From a virus (Duplodnaviria; Caudoviricetes), in IMG/VR virus record IMGVR_UViG_3300021387_000688: 64,000 bases of DNA, one strand, 5' to 3'. The notes beneath the pieces are model-generated. The model was not told the DNA's origin. It made no database searches and saw only the letters and a list, made by a program, of their open reading frames with translations. The position numbers and the translations under genes are program-made. This document shows, piece by piece, positions 38,457 to 47,142 of this stretch (position 1 is the stretch's first letter; each line of letters starts with the position of its first letter).

Positions 38457-39110
38457 ATGAAATGTATTAGATGTGGTAGAAATGTTAGAACCTCAGCAGA
38501 AGAAAGAAACTTCTTTAGAGGGATGGGTTATTACTCTCCAATGTATTGGGTTAGGGATCAAGGCTTGGATGAAACTCTTTGCAAAGCAGAAGGTTTAGAT
38601 CCTAACGATAGTGAACACTTTTTATGCTTTGACTGTTATTACGATTTGATGGAAAAGCAAAGAGATGAGTATTTAAAAAATAAGGACTTCGGCCCAATTA
38701 AAATAAAAGGAACATTTAAGGAGTCTAAAAATCTTAAAGAATCTACTCAAGAGGAAAGGGACCAAGAAGCTAGAGATTTAATTGAAAGCCCTTATAACAA
38801 TCTTCAGGAAGAAGATTTTGAATGGCTTAGGGAAAAAGACGAAACTTTAGACTATTGGTGGAATCAAACTTATGAAATGGAATTTTTAGAAAAAAGTCTT
38901 TATGATGGACCTACTTATGCAGATTTAGATGAGTCTAAAGAAGTTTCTTTTGAATTTTCAAATAATGCAGATGCAGATGAATTTATAGACGATGTAAAAG
39001 CCAGATATCATTATCCAACTTTGAGAAATAAACATGAAGTAGATAAAGGAGGTATAACTCCTAGGGGCGGAAAAGTTTATTTCAAAGGTGCAATTGCAAG
39101 ACCTAGATAG
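38457..39110 (+). CDS. Putative virion polyprotein with N-terminal zinc module
   Basis: CIRC...CFDC; FKESKNLKES; LDES. Confidence 0.65.
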   Translation: MKCIRCGRNVRTSAEERNFFRGMGYYSPMYWVRDQGLDETLCKAEGLDPNDSEHFLCFDCYYDLMEKQRDEYLKNKDFGPIKIKGTFKESKNLKESTQEERDQEARDLIESPYNNLQEEDFEWLREKDETLDYWWNQTYEMEFLEKSLYDGPTYADLDESKEVSFEFSNNADADEFIDDVKARYHYPTLRNKHEVDKGGITPRGGKVYFKGAIARPR

Positions 39111-39118
39111 GTAAAAAG

Positions 39119-39143
39119 AAAGCCTCTCATTTGAGAGGCTTTT
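39119..39143. terminator. Bidirectional terminator
   Basis: AAAGCCTCTC-ATTT-GAGAGGCTTTT. Confidence 0.85.
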
Positions 39144-39152
39144 ATTAAAAAA

Positions 39153-39683
39153 TTAGTTTTCTTTATTAGAAAGGATTTTTGAAAGCTGTTCGACTTCTTC
39201 TCTTGTAAGGTATTTTCCGCCTTCTTTACGTCTAACAATTTTTTCAGAATCTTCAGTCTTGCAGAGTTTACTAATATTCAAAAGCATTGAACATGTTTCT
39301 CCATCTCCACCTACATTTTCGCAGTTGTCTGGCCAAGCACCGCATTCCAAATGACCTGGGCAAGGATAAGTAATTCTTACATAATCCCCTGCATTGAAAG
39401 GATCGAGTCCTTTTGAAGGGCTCTGAATACAACCTTTGATGTAATTCAGGAAGCATTCTGTCTCCCATTCTTCTTTAGTAAGATCTACACCAGTTTCTGT
39501 TGTATCAACGTGACCCTGATAATACAACCACCAGCCAATTTCTTTAAGAGAATGATTTGCTAGCTGGTCTTTTATAGTTTCAAAATACTTTTCATAATTG
39601 GCGCGCAAAGTTTGAGACTGATTCTTCAAACTTTCAGTTACACGATCATTTACAATGGAATTGTCTTTATTTTTCTTTTTCAT
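39153..39683 (-). CDS. Hypothetical protein
   Basis: Start moved to MKKKNK (ATGA overlap). Confidence 0.75.
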   Translation of the reverse strand: MKKKNKDNSIVNDRVTESLKNQSQTLRANYEKYFETIKDQLANHSLKEIGWWLYYQGHVDTTETGVDLTKEEWETECFLNYIKGCIQSPSKGLDPFNAGDYVRITYPCPGHLECGAWPDNCENVGGDGETCSMLLNISKLCKTEDSEKIVRRKEGGKYLTREEVEQLSKILSNKEN

Positions 39684-40255
39684 ACAACCACCTCGAACCA
39701 ACTGCCTTTACCATCTCCAGTTGATTCATCTATTACTTCTTTATGGTAAACATAAGAACCTAATCCTCCAAAACCGTTAACGAAAGTTAAATCGTCTGGG
39801 GTTAAAGGATTACCTGTTGAATGAGCTCTGTAGATATGAAGCAATCGTTTCAAATCACTTCCTAAAAGATATCGCCCTGCTAGCATATCTGGACCGTTTG
39901 GCCAAACATATAAAAACAATTCTGCCTTACTTCTGTCAAGCCATCCTGGCAATCTTCTACCATTTCTAGTCTTACCATCTTCCAATGTTAGGCGATCATT
40001 CTTTCTACATTTGACTTGAACAGTATGTCCATTAACATAACAGTCAATGTCGAATTTAATGTCTTCATCTTCGGGGGCGGAAGAAACATTTGCAGCTTTT
40101 CCGTCAATGGAAAAGAATGTTTTACAAAGTTCTTCCTCCAATCCTTTATCGACATCTTTATCAGAGCAACGCCCTATATGGGGTTGTAATTGATTTAAAA
40201 CCCTTTCATATAGAGCGTGATCTACTTTTAGAGATTTCTGTTTGAATTTATACAT
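39680..40255 (-). CDS. PD-(D/E)XK-like nuclease
   Basis: GLEEE...EDIKFDID...VQVKCR...LE...PGWL..SKAE. Confidence 0.55.
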   Translation of the reverse strand: MYKFKQKSLKVDHALYERVLNQLQPHIGRCSDKDVDKGLEEELCKTFFSIDGKAANVSSAPEDEDIKFDIDCYVNGHTVQVKCRKNDRLTLEDGKTRNGRRLPGWLDRSKAELFLYVWPNGPDMLAGRYLLGSDLKRLLHIYRAHSTGNPLTPDDLTFVNGFGGLGSYVYHKEVIDESTGDGKGSWFEVVV

Positions 40256-40491
40256 TACTTCTGTGCCTCGAGGAGCTGAATAATCTTTTCCTGGTTTTCA
40301 AGAATCTTTTCCTGATTCTCAAGAATCTTTTCATTCTGGTTGTGAATTACAACAAAATTATGAGTTTCCATTCCCCGATGGATTGTATTGTAATATGGAT
40401 CAGTTTTCTCCTCTTCGTAGAGGAGGACTGAACAGCTAGACAGAATTGCTACTGCTGCAACCACCGAAATAACTGCGATTATCTTCTTCAT
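40255..40491 (-). CDS. Small lipoprotein with NQEKILE heptad repeats
   Basis: MKKIIAVISVVAAVAILSS-C lipobox; 21-bp tandem repeat at about 40280-40340. Confidence 0.75.
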   Translation of the reverse strand: MKKIIAVISVVAAVAILSSCSVLLYEEEKTDPYYNTIHRGMETHNFVVIHNQNEKILENQEKILENQEKIIQLLEAQK

Positions 40492-40513
40492 AATGTATCT
40501 CCTTTATGTTAAT

Positions 40514-40548
40514 ATTATAGGAAAAATATGGACTATTTTTTACGAAAA
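40514..40548 (-). promoter_or_regulatory. Early-type promoter
   Basis: TTTTCGTAA-N20-TATAAT. Confidence 0.75.
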
Positions 40549-40578
40549 TCGAACTTATTATTGTTATAAGGAGGATAT

Positions 40579-41334
40579 ATGTATACAGTGAATATTGGTA
40601 GCAAATTGCTACCATGGTCTCAACGTAAATCTAAATACGTACATATCCAAAAAGGAAAGAAAGGTTCTAACAAGATTGATTGGACCTGTGTTTGCAACGT
40701 ACACGCTCTTTGCAACTGTTTAGAGTATTCAAACTGGCAATTACCTACAGACATTGAATATTCTAGGGCACCCGATGCATTAGCAAATAACATCATTAAG
40801 GAATGTTTGAAACCTAACAGTTGGTTTAAGAAAAATTATCCTACAGAATTCCAAGCTTGGTACGATGGAAATCCAGAAGCTTATACTCCATTAGAGTTGC
40901 ATGCAGTATTAGCTCATTACGTAAGTGAATGGGTGGGTGATCCAGACGCAGATGTTTTCAAATCAAATCTTAATATTAGAGACATTATAAAGCAATTATA
41001 TGAAAAAGGAATTGCTTTAGCTGCTTCTGTTAAGTGGGGCGGATTGATTGGCCACATTATAACTATTGTAGGATTCGAAGCAGAATCTGAAGAAATGTTA
41101 AAAGAATGGCTTTACGGATTTGAAAGCAACGTTAAGACTACTGATGTTATCAAAAACATTATCATTGATGACCCATGGGGATTCTATGATGAAAAAACAG
41201 ATAAGTATGATGGTACCAAATCTGGAAATGATAACAAAATAACTACAAAGTATTTCTGGGAACATATGAAAGATGTTAATAATAAGAATTTCAAAATGGC
41301 CCATATCTTTAAGAAACCAAACTTAGTAGTTTAA
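40579..41334 (+). CDS. C39-like cysteine peptidase
   Basis: Q...CVCN (Cys), GHIITIVG (His), IIIDDPWG (Asp); AAGGAGG RBS. Confidence 0.7.
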   Translation: MYTVNIGSKLLPWSQRKSKYVHIQKGKKGSNKIDWTCVCNVHALCNCLEYSNWQLPTDIEYSRAPDALANNIIKECLKPNSWFKKNYPTEFQAWYDGNPEAYTPLELHAVLAHYVSEWVGDPDADVFKSNLNIRDIIKQLYEKGIALAASVKWGGLIGHIITIVGFEAESEEMLKEWLYGFESNVKTTDVIKNIIIDDPWGFYDEKTDKYDGTKSGNDNKITTKYFWEHMKDVNNKNFKMAHIFKKPNLVV

Positions 41335-41340
41335 CAAAAG

Positions 41341-41368
41341 AAAAGGATTCCTTTTTGGAATCCTTTTT
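41341..41368. terminator. Bidirectional terminator
   Basis: AAAAGGATTCC-TTTTT-GGAATCCTTTTT. Confidence 0.9.
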
Positions 41369-41371
41369 ATT

Positions 41372-41833
41372 TTAGTTTTTCAATTCTTCTCTTATTTCCA
41401 TTAGAAGTTTACCTAAATGATTCTCTCCAACCCCTTCGCAAACTCCCCAATAAACATCATGCCAGTAATTGCCTTCAACTATTTCTTCGTCTCCAGTCTG
41501 CAGGAGTTTTTCTTGCAATTCTGGATGGTTACTATCAAACTTAAGATGAAGTATTCGTTTCATTAACATTAGTTTTTTATAACCATTCCAATCCTTTACT
41601 TCCTGAGAGGTCATATTTTCTTTACGACCTTGTTTTTTAGATGCATAAGCAGTCAACCCTATATAAGCAGAAGGGTTTTTACTTTTACCTGCTTGGTACA
41701 AAGCTTCGGAAGTGTTTGCAGTTAATTCTCCTTTGCCAATAGAATCAATCCCATTGTAACAAATATGAAGAGGGGGGTCAACTACATAAAAATTAGAAAG
41801 GAATTCATATTCGCCTTCAAAACTATTTATCAT
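41372..41833 (-). CDS. NADAR (YbiA-like) family protein
   Basis: FLSNFY, SEALYQAGK, W..K..LM..KF, LLQTGDEEIVEGNYWHDVYWG, GENHLGKLLM..R. Confidence 0.9.
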   Translation of the reverse strand: MINSFEGEYEFLSNFYVVDPPLHICYNGIDSIGKGELTANTSEALYQAGKSKNPSAYIGLTAYASKKQGRKENMTSQEVKDWNGYKKLMLMKRILHLKFDSNHPELQEKLLQTGDEEIVEGNYWHDVYWGVCEGVGENHLGKLLMEIREELKN

Positions 41834-42233
41834 TTGTTGGTATTTGCTCCATTATTTTCTTATTCAATTCGATTCGCTTATTGAAGAGTTCATCGATGTG
41901 GCGCTTAAAGATTTTTTTACTAAGTGCAAACATTTCATCATACTCCTCTTCATTAAGATCATCTTCAGTCAAGCAAAGATCGAAAGGTCTATTATCCCCA
42001 ACCAATTTCATATAAAATTTTGCACCAAAAGTCTTTTCTCCCTTTAGATCTAAAAAATCCCCTAGGTTTTTAATTTCTTCGTTTACCTCATCGAGCTGCT
42101 TAAAAAGAGAAGCCTTTTTTCTAACACTACCCAACTTATTGGCAAATTCGTCTCCGAACAAAACACGTGTTTGTTCTACAACACTGTCTTTTTCAATTTC
42201 TTTATTTTTAGGCATTTTCTTTCCTTTTAACAT
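41823..42233 (-). CDS. Hypothetical protein
   Basis: Operon-packed ORF. Confidence 0.75.
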   Translation of the reverse strand: MLKGKKMPKNKEIEKDSVVEQTRVLFGDEFANKLGSVRKKASLFKQLDEVNEEIKNLGDFLDLKGEKTFGAKFYMKLVGDNRPFDLCLTEDDLNEEEYDEMFALSKKIFKRHIDELFNKRIELNKKIMEQIPTNDK

Positions 42234-42236
42234 TTT

Positions 42237-42467
42237 TTATACCTCCCTATACACGGTGACTTTAATTACTTCTCCAGTCTCTTCATTCTTCTGGCAGTAT
42301 ACAAAATCTTTGCCATCATTGTTTGCTTCAAAGAAATTGTACATATATGTACAAAGATTTCGCAGGCTATTAAATACTCCATTTGTTTGTCCTTTTCCTA
42401 ATCCTGGCAAGCAAAAACTTTCCATATCCAATTCCTCCAAATCTTCTTTCTTTGGTGTTTTAGCCAT
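42237..42467 (-). CDS. Hypothetical protein
   Basis: Operon-packed ORF. Confidence 0.7.
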   Translation of the reverse strand: MAKTPKKEDLEELDMESFCLPGLGKGQTNGVFNSLRNLCTYMYNFFEANNDGKDFVYCQKNEETGEVIKVTVYREV

Positions 42468-43128
42468 TTATCAATCCTTTAATTTTTTCAATTTCATAAT
42501 TCAACTTATCTTTAATCTTTGAATCATCGATTAAAGTAAACCTATCTTTATAATCAGGTTTAAGAAGTTCAATATCCATTAATGTCAATGCATCAAAAGT
42601 TATACTACTTTTAATCATCATAACGTTTTCAGTAAACGAAGTATGCAGCCAAAGAGAACCATCTCTAATAAAATCATCGCTTCCGATTTTGAAATAAATG
42701 TGAGTAACAGCTCCGTCAAAATACTCATACCACCTATTCTTTTCAAACGAATCAAAAAGGTTTACTTCTTTTGTTTTATTTTCTAGGCGGGTATTTATTC
42801 GTTCAAGTTCCTTTTCCAACCTCTCTTTTTCTGCAAGAAGTTTTTTAGCCTCTTCATCCTTATAATCGTAATGAATGTAATATACAGAATCCGGAGAGGT
42901 TTCTTTTGCTGACTCACTCATCCAATCTATTTTTGGAACAGGGCGAGACTGTTGTTCTTCTTCATATTTACGTTTAGCTTTAGCCATTTCTCTTTCTTCT
43001 ATTTGTCTACCCATTTCTTTTTTAACTATTTTATCCAATTCGGTTTCTACAGAAGGGTGTTCACATTCTCCTATTTTTCCAGGATAAAATTTTCCATATA
43101 TTGTCATCCCTTCAACTTTCTTTTTCAT
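42460..43128 (-). CDS. Hypothetical coiled-coil protein
   Basis: Operon-packed ORF. Confidence 0.75.
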   Translation of the reverse strand: MKKKVEGMTIYGKFYPGKIGECEHPSVETELDKIVKKEMGRQIEEREMAKAKRKYEEEQQSRPVPKIDWMSESAKETSPDSVYYIHYDYKDEEAKKLLAEKERLEKELERINTRLENKTKEVNLFDSFEKNRWYEYFDGAVTHIYFKIGSDDFIRDGSLWLHTSFTENVMMIKSSITFDALTLMDIELLKPDYKDRFTLIDDSKIKDKLNYEIEKIKGLING

Positions 43129-43748
43129 TATTCTCCTGAGCCGTTATAAGCTTCTTCTATTTCCTTAAACAGTTTTTCTACAATCTGCTCAATTCTGTGA
43201 TCGTCGGAATCTCTTGTTTGTTCGTAGAACCAATCCATAACCCCTGAAAGTCCAAAAACCTTTGGCATATTAATCAACTCGCAACTATACCAACCTGCTT
43301 TTCCTTTAATAACTCCAACTCTATTCAACCATTTTATAAATTGCCTTGTAATAAGATTTGAAGCTATATCCTTTGAAAGTGCATTTGTTATCCATTCGTA
43401 GTTGTTCTCAGTTTCGATATAAGAAAGTTCATCACTAAAACTTACAGTATATGGGGTAATATCTAATTCTGTAGAAGTGTGCTCCAATTCCAAAACATAT
43501 CTATGATCTTTATGTTCAATAGATTTTACCCTATTGTAAGTATGCATCAAAGTGTTTCCATCTTTACTATAAACGTAAATGGTGCGATTATATTTTGGCA
43601 TTTCTTTATCGTAGTTGCTTTCACTCATTTTCTTTTCCTCTTGTTCTTTATAATATCTTTGGGCTTCGTCATATCTTTTTCTATTTTCTTCTGCTTCTTT
43701 ATTCCATCTTTGTTTAGCCCTAAGCATTTCATCATTTACTTCACCCAT
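43128..43748 (-). CDS. Hypothetical protein
   Basis: GGAGGAG RBS. Confidence 0.8.
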   Translation of the reverse strand: MGEVNDEMLRAKQRWNKEAEENRKRYDEAQRYYKEQEEKKMSESNYDKEMPKYNRTIYVYSKDGNTLMHTYNRVKSIEHKDHRYVLELEHTSTELDITPYTVSFSDELSYIETENNYEWITNALSKDIASNLITRQFIKWLNRVGVIKGKAGWYSCELINMPKVFGLSGVMDWFYEQTRDSDDHRIEQIVEKLFKEIEEAYNGSGE

Positions 43749-44249
43749 CTACTCCTCCTTTAATAATACCATTATTAAAGGATTGGTTTTATTTCCATTT
43801 TGTATTGTTTTAGAAGTATCTACTTCTCCTTTAATAGTGTTTGCCAAATCCACGCACACTTTAAAGTATTCGCTTTGAGAAATAGGATGAAGATTTTTAG
43901 TGGCATCCTTATCTCCTAAAACTACAAAAGAGAATTTCTCTACAGGTACATATTCAAAAGCCCCGTTATCAAATACATGAATTACGGTAGGCACTTCCAA
44001 TTTGTCTTCTACTATTTTACAACTTTCTGTAAACTTGAAATAATTCTTTGTACCGAAACCAGATTCCAAGCAGTAGTAATTGCCTACAGACAATCCTCTA
44101 ACTAAAGCTTCTCCGGCCCTTGTCTGCATTTCCATTTCAATAACAGTTAATTTGTTTTGTAAAACTTTTTTAAGATAATCTAAATCTTCCATTGTCAAAG
44201 TATCTAATTGTTTTGCCAAATCCAAATTAAGATCAAGTTTATTCATCAA
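43749..44249 (-). CDS. Hypothetical protein
   Basis: Operon-packed ORF. Confidence 0.75.
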   Translation of the reverse strand: MMNKLDLNLDLAKQLDTLTMEDLDYLKKVLQNKLTVIEMEMQTRAGEALVRGLSVGNYYCLESGFGTKNYFKFTESCKIVEDKLEVPTVIHVFDNGAFEYVPVEKFSFVVLGDKDATKNLHPISQSEYFKVCVDLANTIKGEVDTSKTIQNGNKTNPLIMVLLKEE

Positions 44250-44802
44250 ACCACCCCATGTACATTAGAATATGCTTCTTTGCATCTTTATATCCATTAT
44301 TTCCATACTCCCCAGAAGTAAGAATTGGGTATTTACGATTGATTAAAAATGTTTGAGAAGGTAGACCATAGTTTTTTACAAAACACGCAGCATGTATTAA
44401 GCTACTTGATTCTATCATATCCTCAACATCTATACCTGTTTCACCAAATACAGTGAAGTCTAGATTTTCTGTGTAATAACTTACTAAAGATTTTTTACAT
44501 AAAGTACATTCCACATCATTCAATTCTGTATATTCATAATAACCTAAACATACAAACCAATCTACATTCTCGTTTATGAATTTAACTACTTCCGGGTCTT
44601 TCAAAAACTTGTAATTAGGATTGGTATTAAAAAGACAAACCAATTCTTTTTCCTTTGTAATTGCAAAACCGGAAAGTTTATCTTCTGTCAAGTAAAAATC
44701 CCAGTCGGTTCGGGGTTCATAATAACCTACAAAGGCCCGATATTTTATATTTGCATTTACAAACACTGTTGTAAATATTGCCGGAGTAGTTTTTTCCAAC
44801 AT
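44239..44802 (-). CDS. Possible GNAT-like protein of phage polyvalent-protein type
   Basis: AFV..Y...FYLTED..SGFAI..ELVCLFN...LVSYY...LDF. Confidence 0.4.
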   Translation of the reverse strand: MLEKTTPAIFTTVFVNANIKYRAFVGYYEPRTDWDFYLTEDKLSGFAITKEKELVCLFNTNPNYKFLKDPEVVKFINENVDWFVCLGYYEYTELNDVECTLCKKSLVSYYTENLDFTVFGETGIDVEDMIESSSLIHAACFVKNYGLPSQTFLINRKYPILTSGEYGNNGYKDAKKHILMYMGWFDE

Positions 44803-45720
44803 TTACTTAATCTCCTTAAAAAGATTTTCTCTATCCTCTTTTGTTTTATATTGAGACAACCAAACTGCATTTACCTTATCGGTTGAGTCGTAAGCAGTCC
44901 ATTTTGGATTTCTATCATCCCAAAACATCATGTCATGAAGGATATCTTTTATTTCATCCTCTTTACTTTTTCCGTCTTCCATATAAACGCCAAGTCTGAG
45001 AATTTCATCAACCCAATCTGTAATCAACTTTGTAATGTAGATTTTTACTTCATTTCGATTGGCGACTTCTACACGGTTAAAATCTACTAAAGGTACATCG
45101 TCTCCGGCCAATACTGTTTTATGAATTTCATCCGTTGTAAAAGTATTACCAATAATGTATAAAGTATCGGAATCATATTCCCCATAACAATGAGGACTTC
45201 TAACTAACCTTGCAGAGAAAATTTCTTCAGAATGGAAGGCAGGAGTATTATATTTTTGAAGAGAAATACTTTCAAAAGTTTTAAGCATTTCCATAAACAA
45301 ATCTACAGTTTGTGCAATAGTACCCATAGGATTCTGGTACCATTTATCTTTTGCAAAGATTTCCTTATCAGGGTCTTCTGGAAGACCGTTTGGCAAAACC
45401 CAATCATATACATCATGGGTCAAAATAGCTATGGCCAATTCTACTAATGGTTTGTAAGTAAAGGTCTCTCTAAAAGTTTTTTCTAATTCAAAAATTGTAC
45501 ATTCTGTTTTATTTGCATAACCTGAAAATCTAACAGAATGCTTTACAGTTTTCGAAAAAGGATATTTTTTAATAATGAAATTATAAGACCAGTAATCTTT
45601 TTCTCCGTCTTCGTGAGTTTTTTGAAATTGAACTAAAGTAACACTTGCATTTTCTAATGCCTTTAAGAAATCTAACAATGCCTGAAAAATTCCTGAATCA
45701 TATTTAGTAACTCCGTCCAT
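44803..45720 (-). CDS. Hypothetical protein
   Basis: Start moved to MDGVT (AAGGAG, TAATG coupling). Confidence 0.8.
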   Translation of the reverse strand: MDGVTKYDSGIFQALLDFLKALENASVTLVQFQKTHEDGEKDYWSYNFIIKKYPFSKTVKHSVRFSGYANKTECTIFELEKTFRETFTYKPLVELAIAILTHDVYDWVLPNGLPEDPDKEIFAKDKWYQNPMGTIAQTVDLFMEMLKTFESISLQKYNTPAFHSEEIFSARLVRSPHCYGEYDSDTLYIIGNTFTTDEIHKTVLAGDDVPLVDFNRVEVANRNEVKIYITKLITDWVDEILRLGVYMEDGKSKEDEIKDILHDMMFWDDRNPKWTAYDSTDKVNAVWLSQYKTKEDRENLFKEIK

Positions 45721-45977
45721 TATGATCTCCTTATCCAATCCTCTGTTTTTTCAGGATAACCTTTATATGTCATAACTTCTTTCAATTGAAGATTCTTTTC
45801 AATAATTTCTTTCAATTCTTTTGCAGGTTTGTCTACCCAATATCTTTGGTTTCTACCAGTAGTTATAATAGAACAATCTTTCATTCCTCTCTGGTAAGGT
45901 TCAACTAATACAATATCCTGTGCTGCTACATAAAATGTCTTTACTGTAGAGTGCGTATCCTGATGTGCTTCAATCAT
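45720..45977 (-). CDS. Hypothetical protein
   Basis: GGAG RBS. Confidence 0.75.
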   Translation of the reverse strand: MIEAHQDTHSTVKTFYVAAQDIVLVEPYQRGMKDCSIITTGRNQRYWVDKPAKELKEIIEKNLQLKEVMTYKGYPEKTEDWIRRS

Positions 45978-46001
45978 TTAAGATTCTCCGTTTGTTTCTC
46001 T

Positions 46002-46283
46002 TTAGTTATGGCATCGTCCATAACTAACCCCTCTATCAAAAGCTAACTTCGCGATCATTTTTTCTCTAGGAGAAAGGGGTTCTTCAAAACCTTCCTCCAT
46101 ATCTTTAATCCAACTCTTAATTACATCTTTTTCTTGATGTTCTTTTTCTTCTTTAAACTCTTGCATCATTTCCATAAAGTCAGAAATATTTTGTTGCATT
46201 CTTTTTGCCTCTATATGTGCACGGGCTTCCTTTATTTTGAGTTGTCTTTTAAATTCTTTATAAGAGTCTTCTTTTTCTTTCAT
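46002..46283 (-). CDS. Hypothetical protein
   Basis: ATGA-coupled ORF. Confidence 0.7.
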   Translation of the reverse strand: MKEKEDSYKEFKRQLKIKEARAHIEAKRMQQNISDFMEMMQEFKEEKEHQEKDVIKSWIKDMEEGFEEPLSPREKMIAKLAFDRGVSYGRCHN

Positions 46284-46645
46284 TCTTGATTTACCACATA
46301 TTTATAAGATTCCCCAAATCCGTTTTCTTCATGATCCGAATGATTTGGAAGGGTTCTTACTAGACCATATTCTTCAAATACAATACAAGGACTGCATTCG
46401 CAAGGTTGAACTTCTTTACAATAATCGGGATCGAAAAATCCTGCACCTACCATATAATCCCCGCGTCTTCGATAAGTACCTTTTGTTCCAGGTTTTTCAG
46501 GAGGGATATATTCTTCATCATGATTTATAGCAGTGCGAGGTTCAAAATGTTCCTCTACAACATAATAACTATGATACTTACCATCTACTCGAAAATCCGG
46601 TTGCTGAAATTTACCTACGTATACTTTTAGTTTTCCTGTTTTCAT
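46280..46645 (-). CDS. Hypothetical protein
   Basis: GAGG RBS, promoter at 46662-46696. Confidence 0.75.
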   Translation of the reverse strand: MKTGKLKVYVGKFQQPDFRVDGKYHSYYVVEEHFEPRTAINHDEEYIPPEKPGTKGTYRRRGDYMVGAGFFDPDYCKEVQPCECSPCIVFEEYGLVRTLPNHSDHEENGFGESYKYVVNQE

Positions 46646-46661
46646 AAATCCTCTTGTAAAT

Positions 46662-46696
46662 AATATCGTTAGAAAGCAGAACCAAGTTTACGAATA
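46662..46696 (-). promoter_or_regulatory. Early-type promoter
   Basis: TATTCGTAA-N20-GATATT. Confidence 0.55.
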
Positions 46697-47139
46697 TATT
46701 TTCCTTTTTTAGGCTCAACAACCTCTTCTGTTTTTGGATTCCATTTTACTTTCTTAGGAACATACTCTACTCTTAATTGGGTTTTAGATTGCATATTGCA
46801 ATCGGAAGATTCGCTTCCAAACCAAGTTCGTAAATGTTTGTCCCAATGCCAATTACAAGAAGGACATTCAAGGGTTGCATAGATTCCATTATTAGAATGG
46901 ATTTCATCTCCAAAATAACCTCCCTTAGAATAGTTGGTTACCATAAACTGCTTTGCAACATAAACTTCTTTGAAAAGTTTTTTACATTTTGGACAACGTA
47001 TTGCATCTTTAAGCAGGTTAGTCATGGAGTTTGCTTTCCTTCGAAGGTCTTTTAATTCCTTCTTTTCAATTTCATCAATCCTCTTTTTAGTTTCTTTTAG
47101 TTCCTGTTTAACAGTTTTTTCATCAATCTCTTTTATCAT
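46669..47139 (-). CDS. Zinc-ribbon protein
   Basis: CPKC...CPSC. Confidence 0.75.
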   Translation of the reverse strand: MIKEIDEKTVKQELKETKKRIDEIEKKELKDLRRKANSMTNLLKDAIRCPKCKKLFKEVYVAKQFMVTNYSKGGYFGDEIHSNNGIYATLECPSCNWHWDKHLRTWFGSESSDCNMQSKTQLRVEYVPKKVKWNPKTEEVVEPKKGKYIRKLGSAF

Positions 47140-47142
47140 AAC

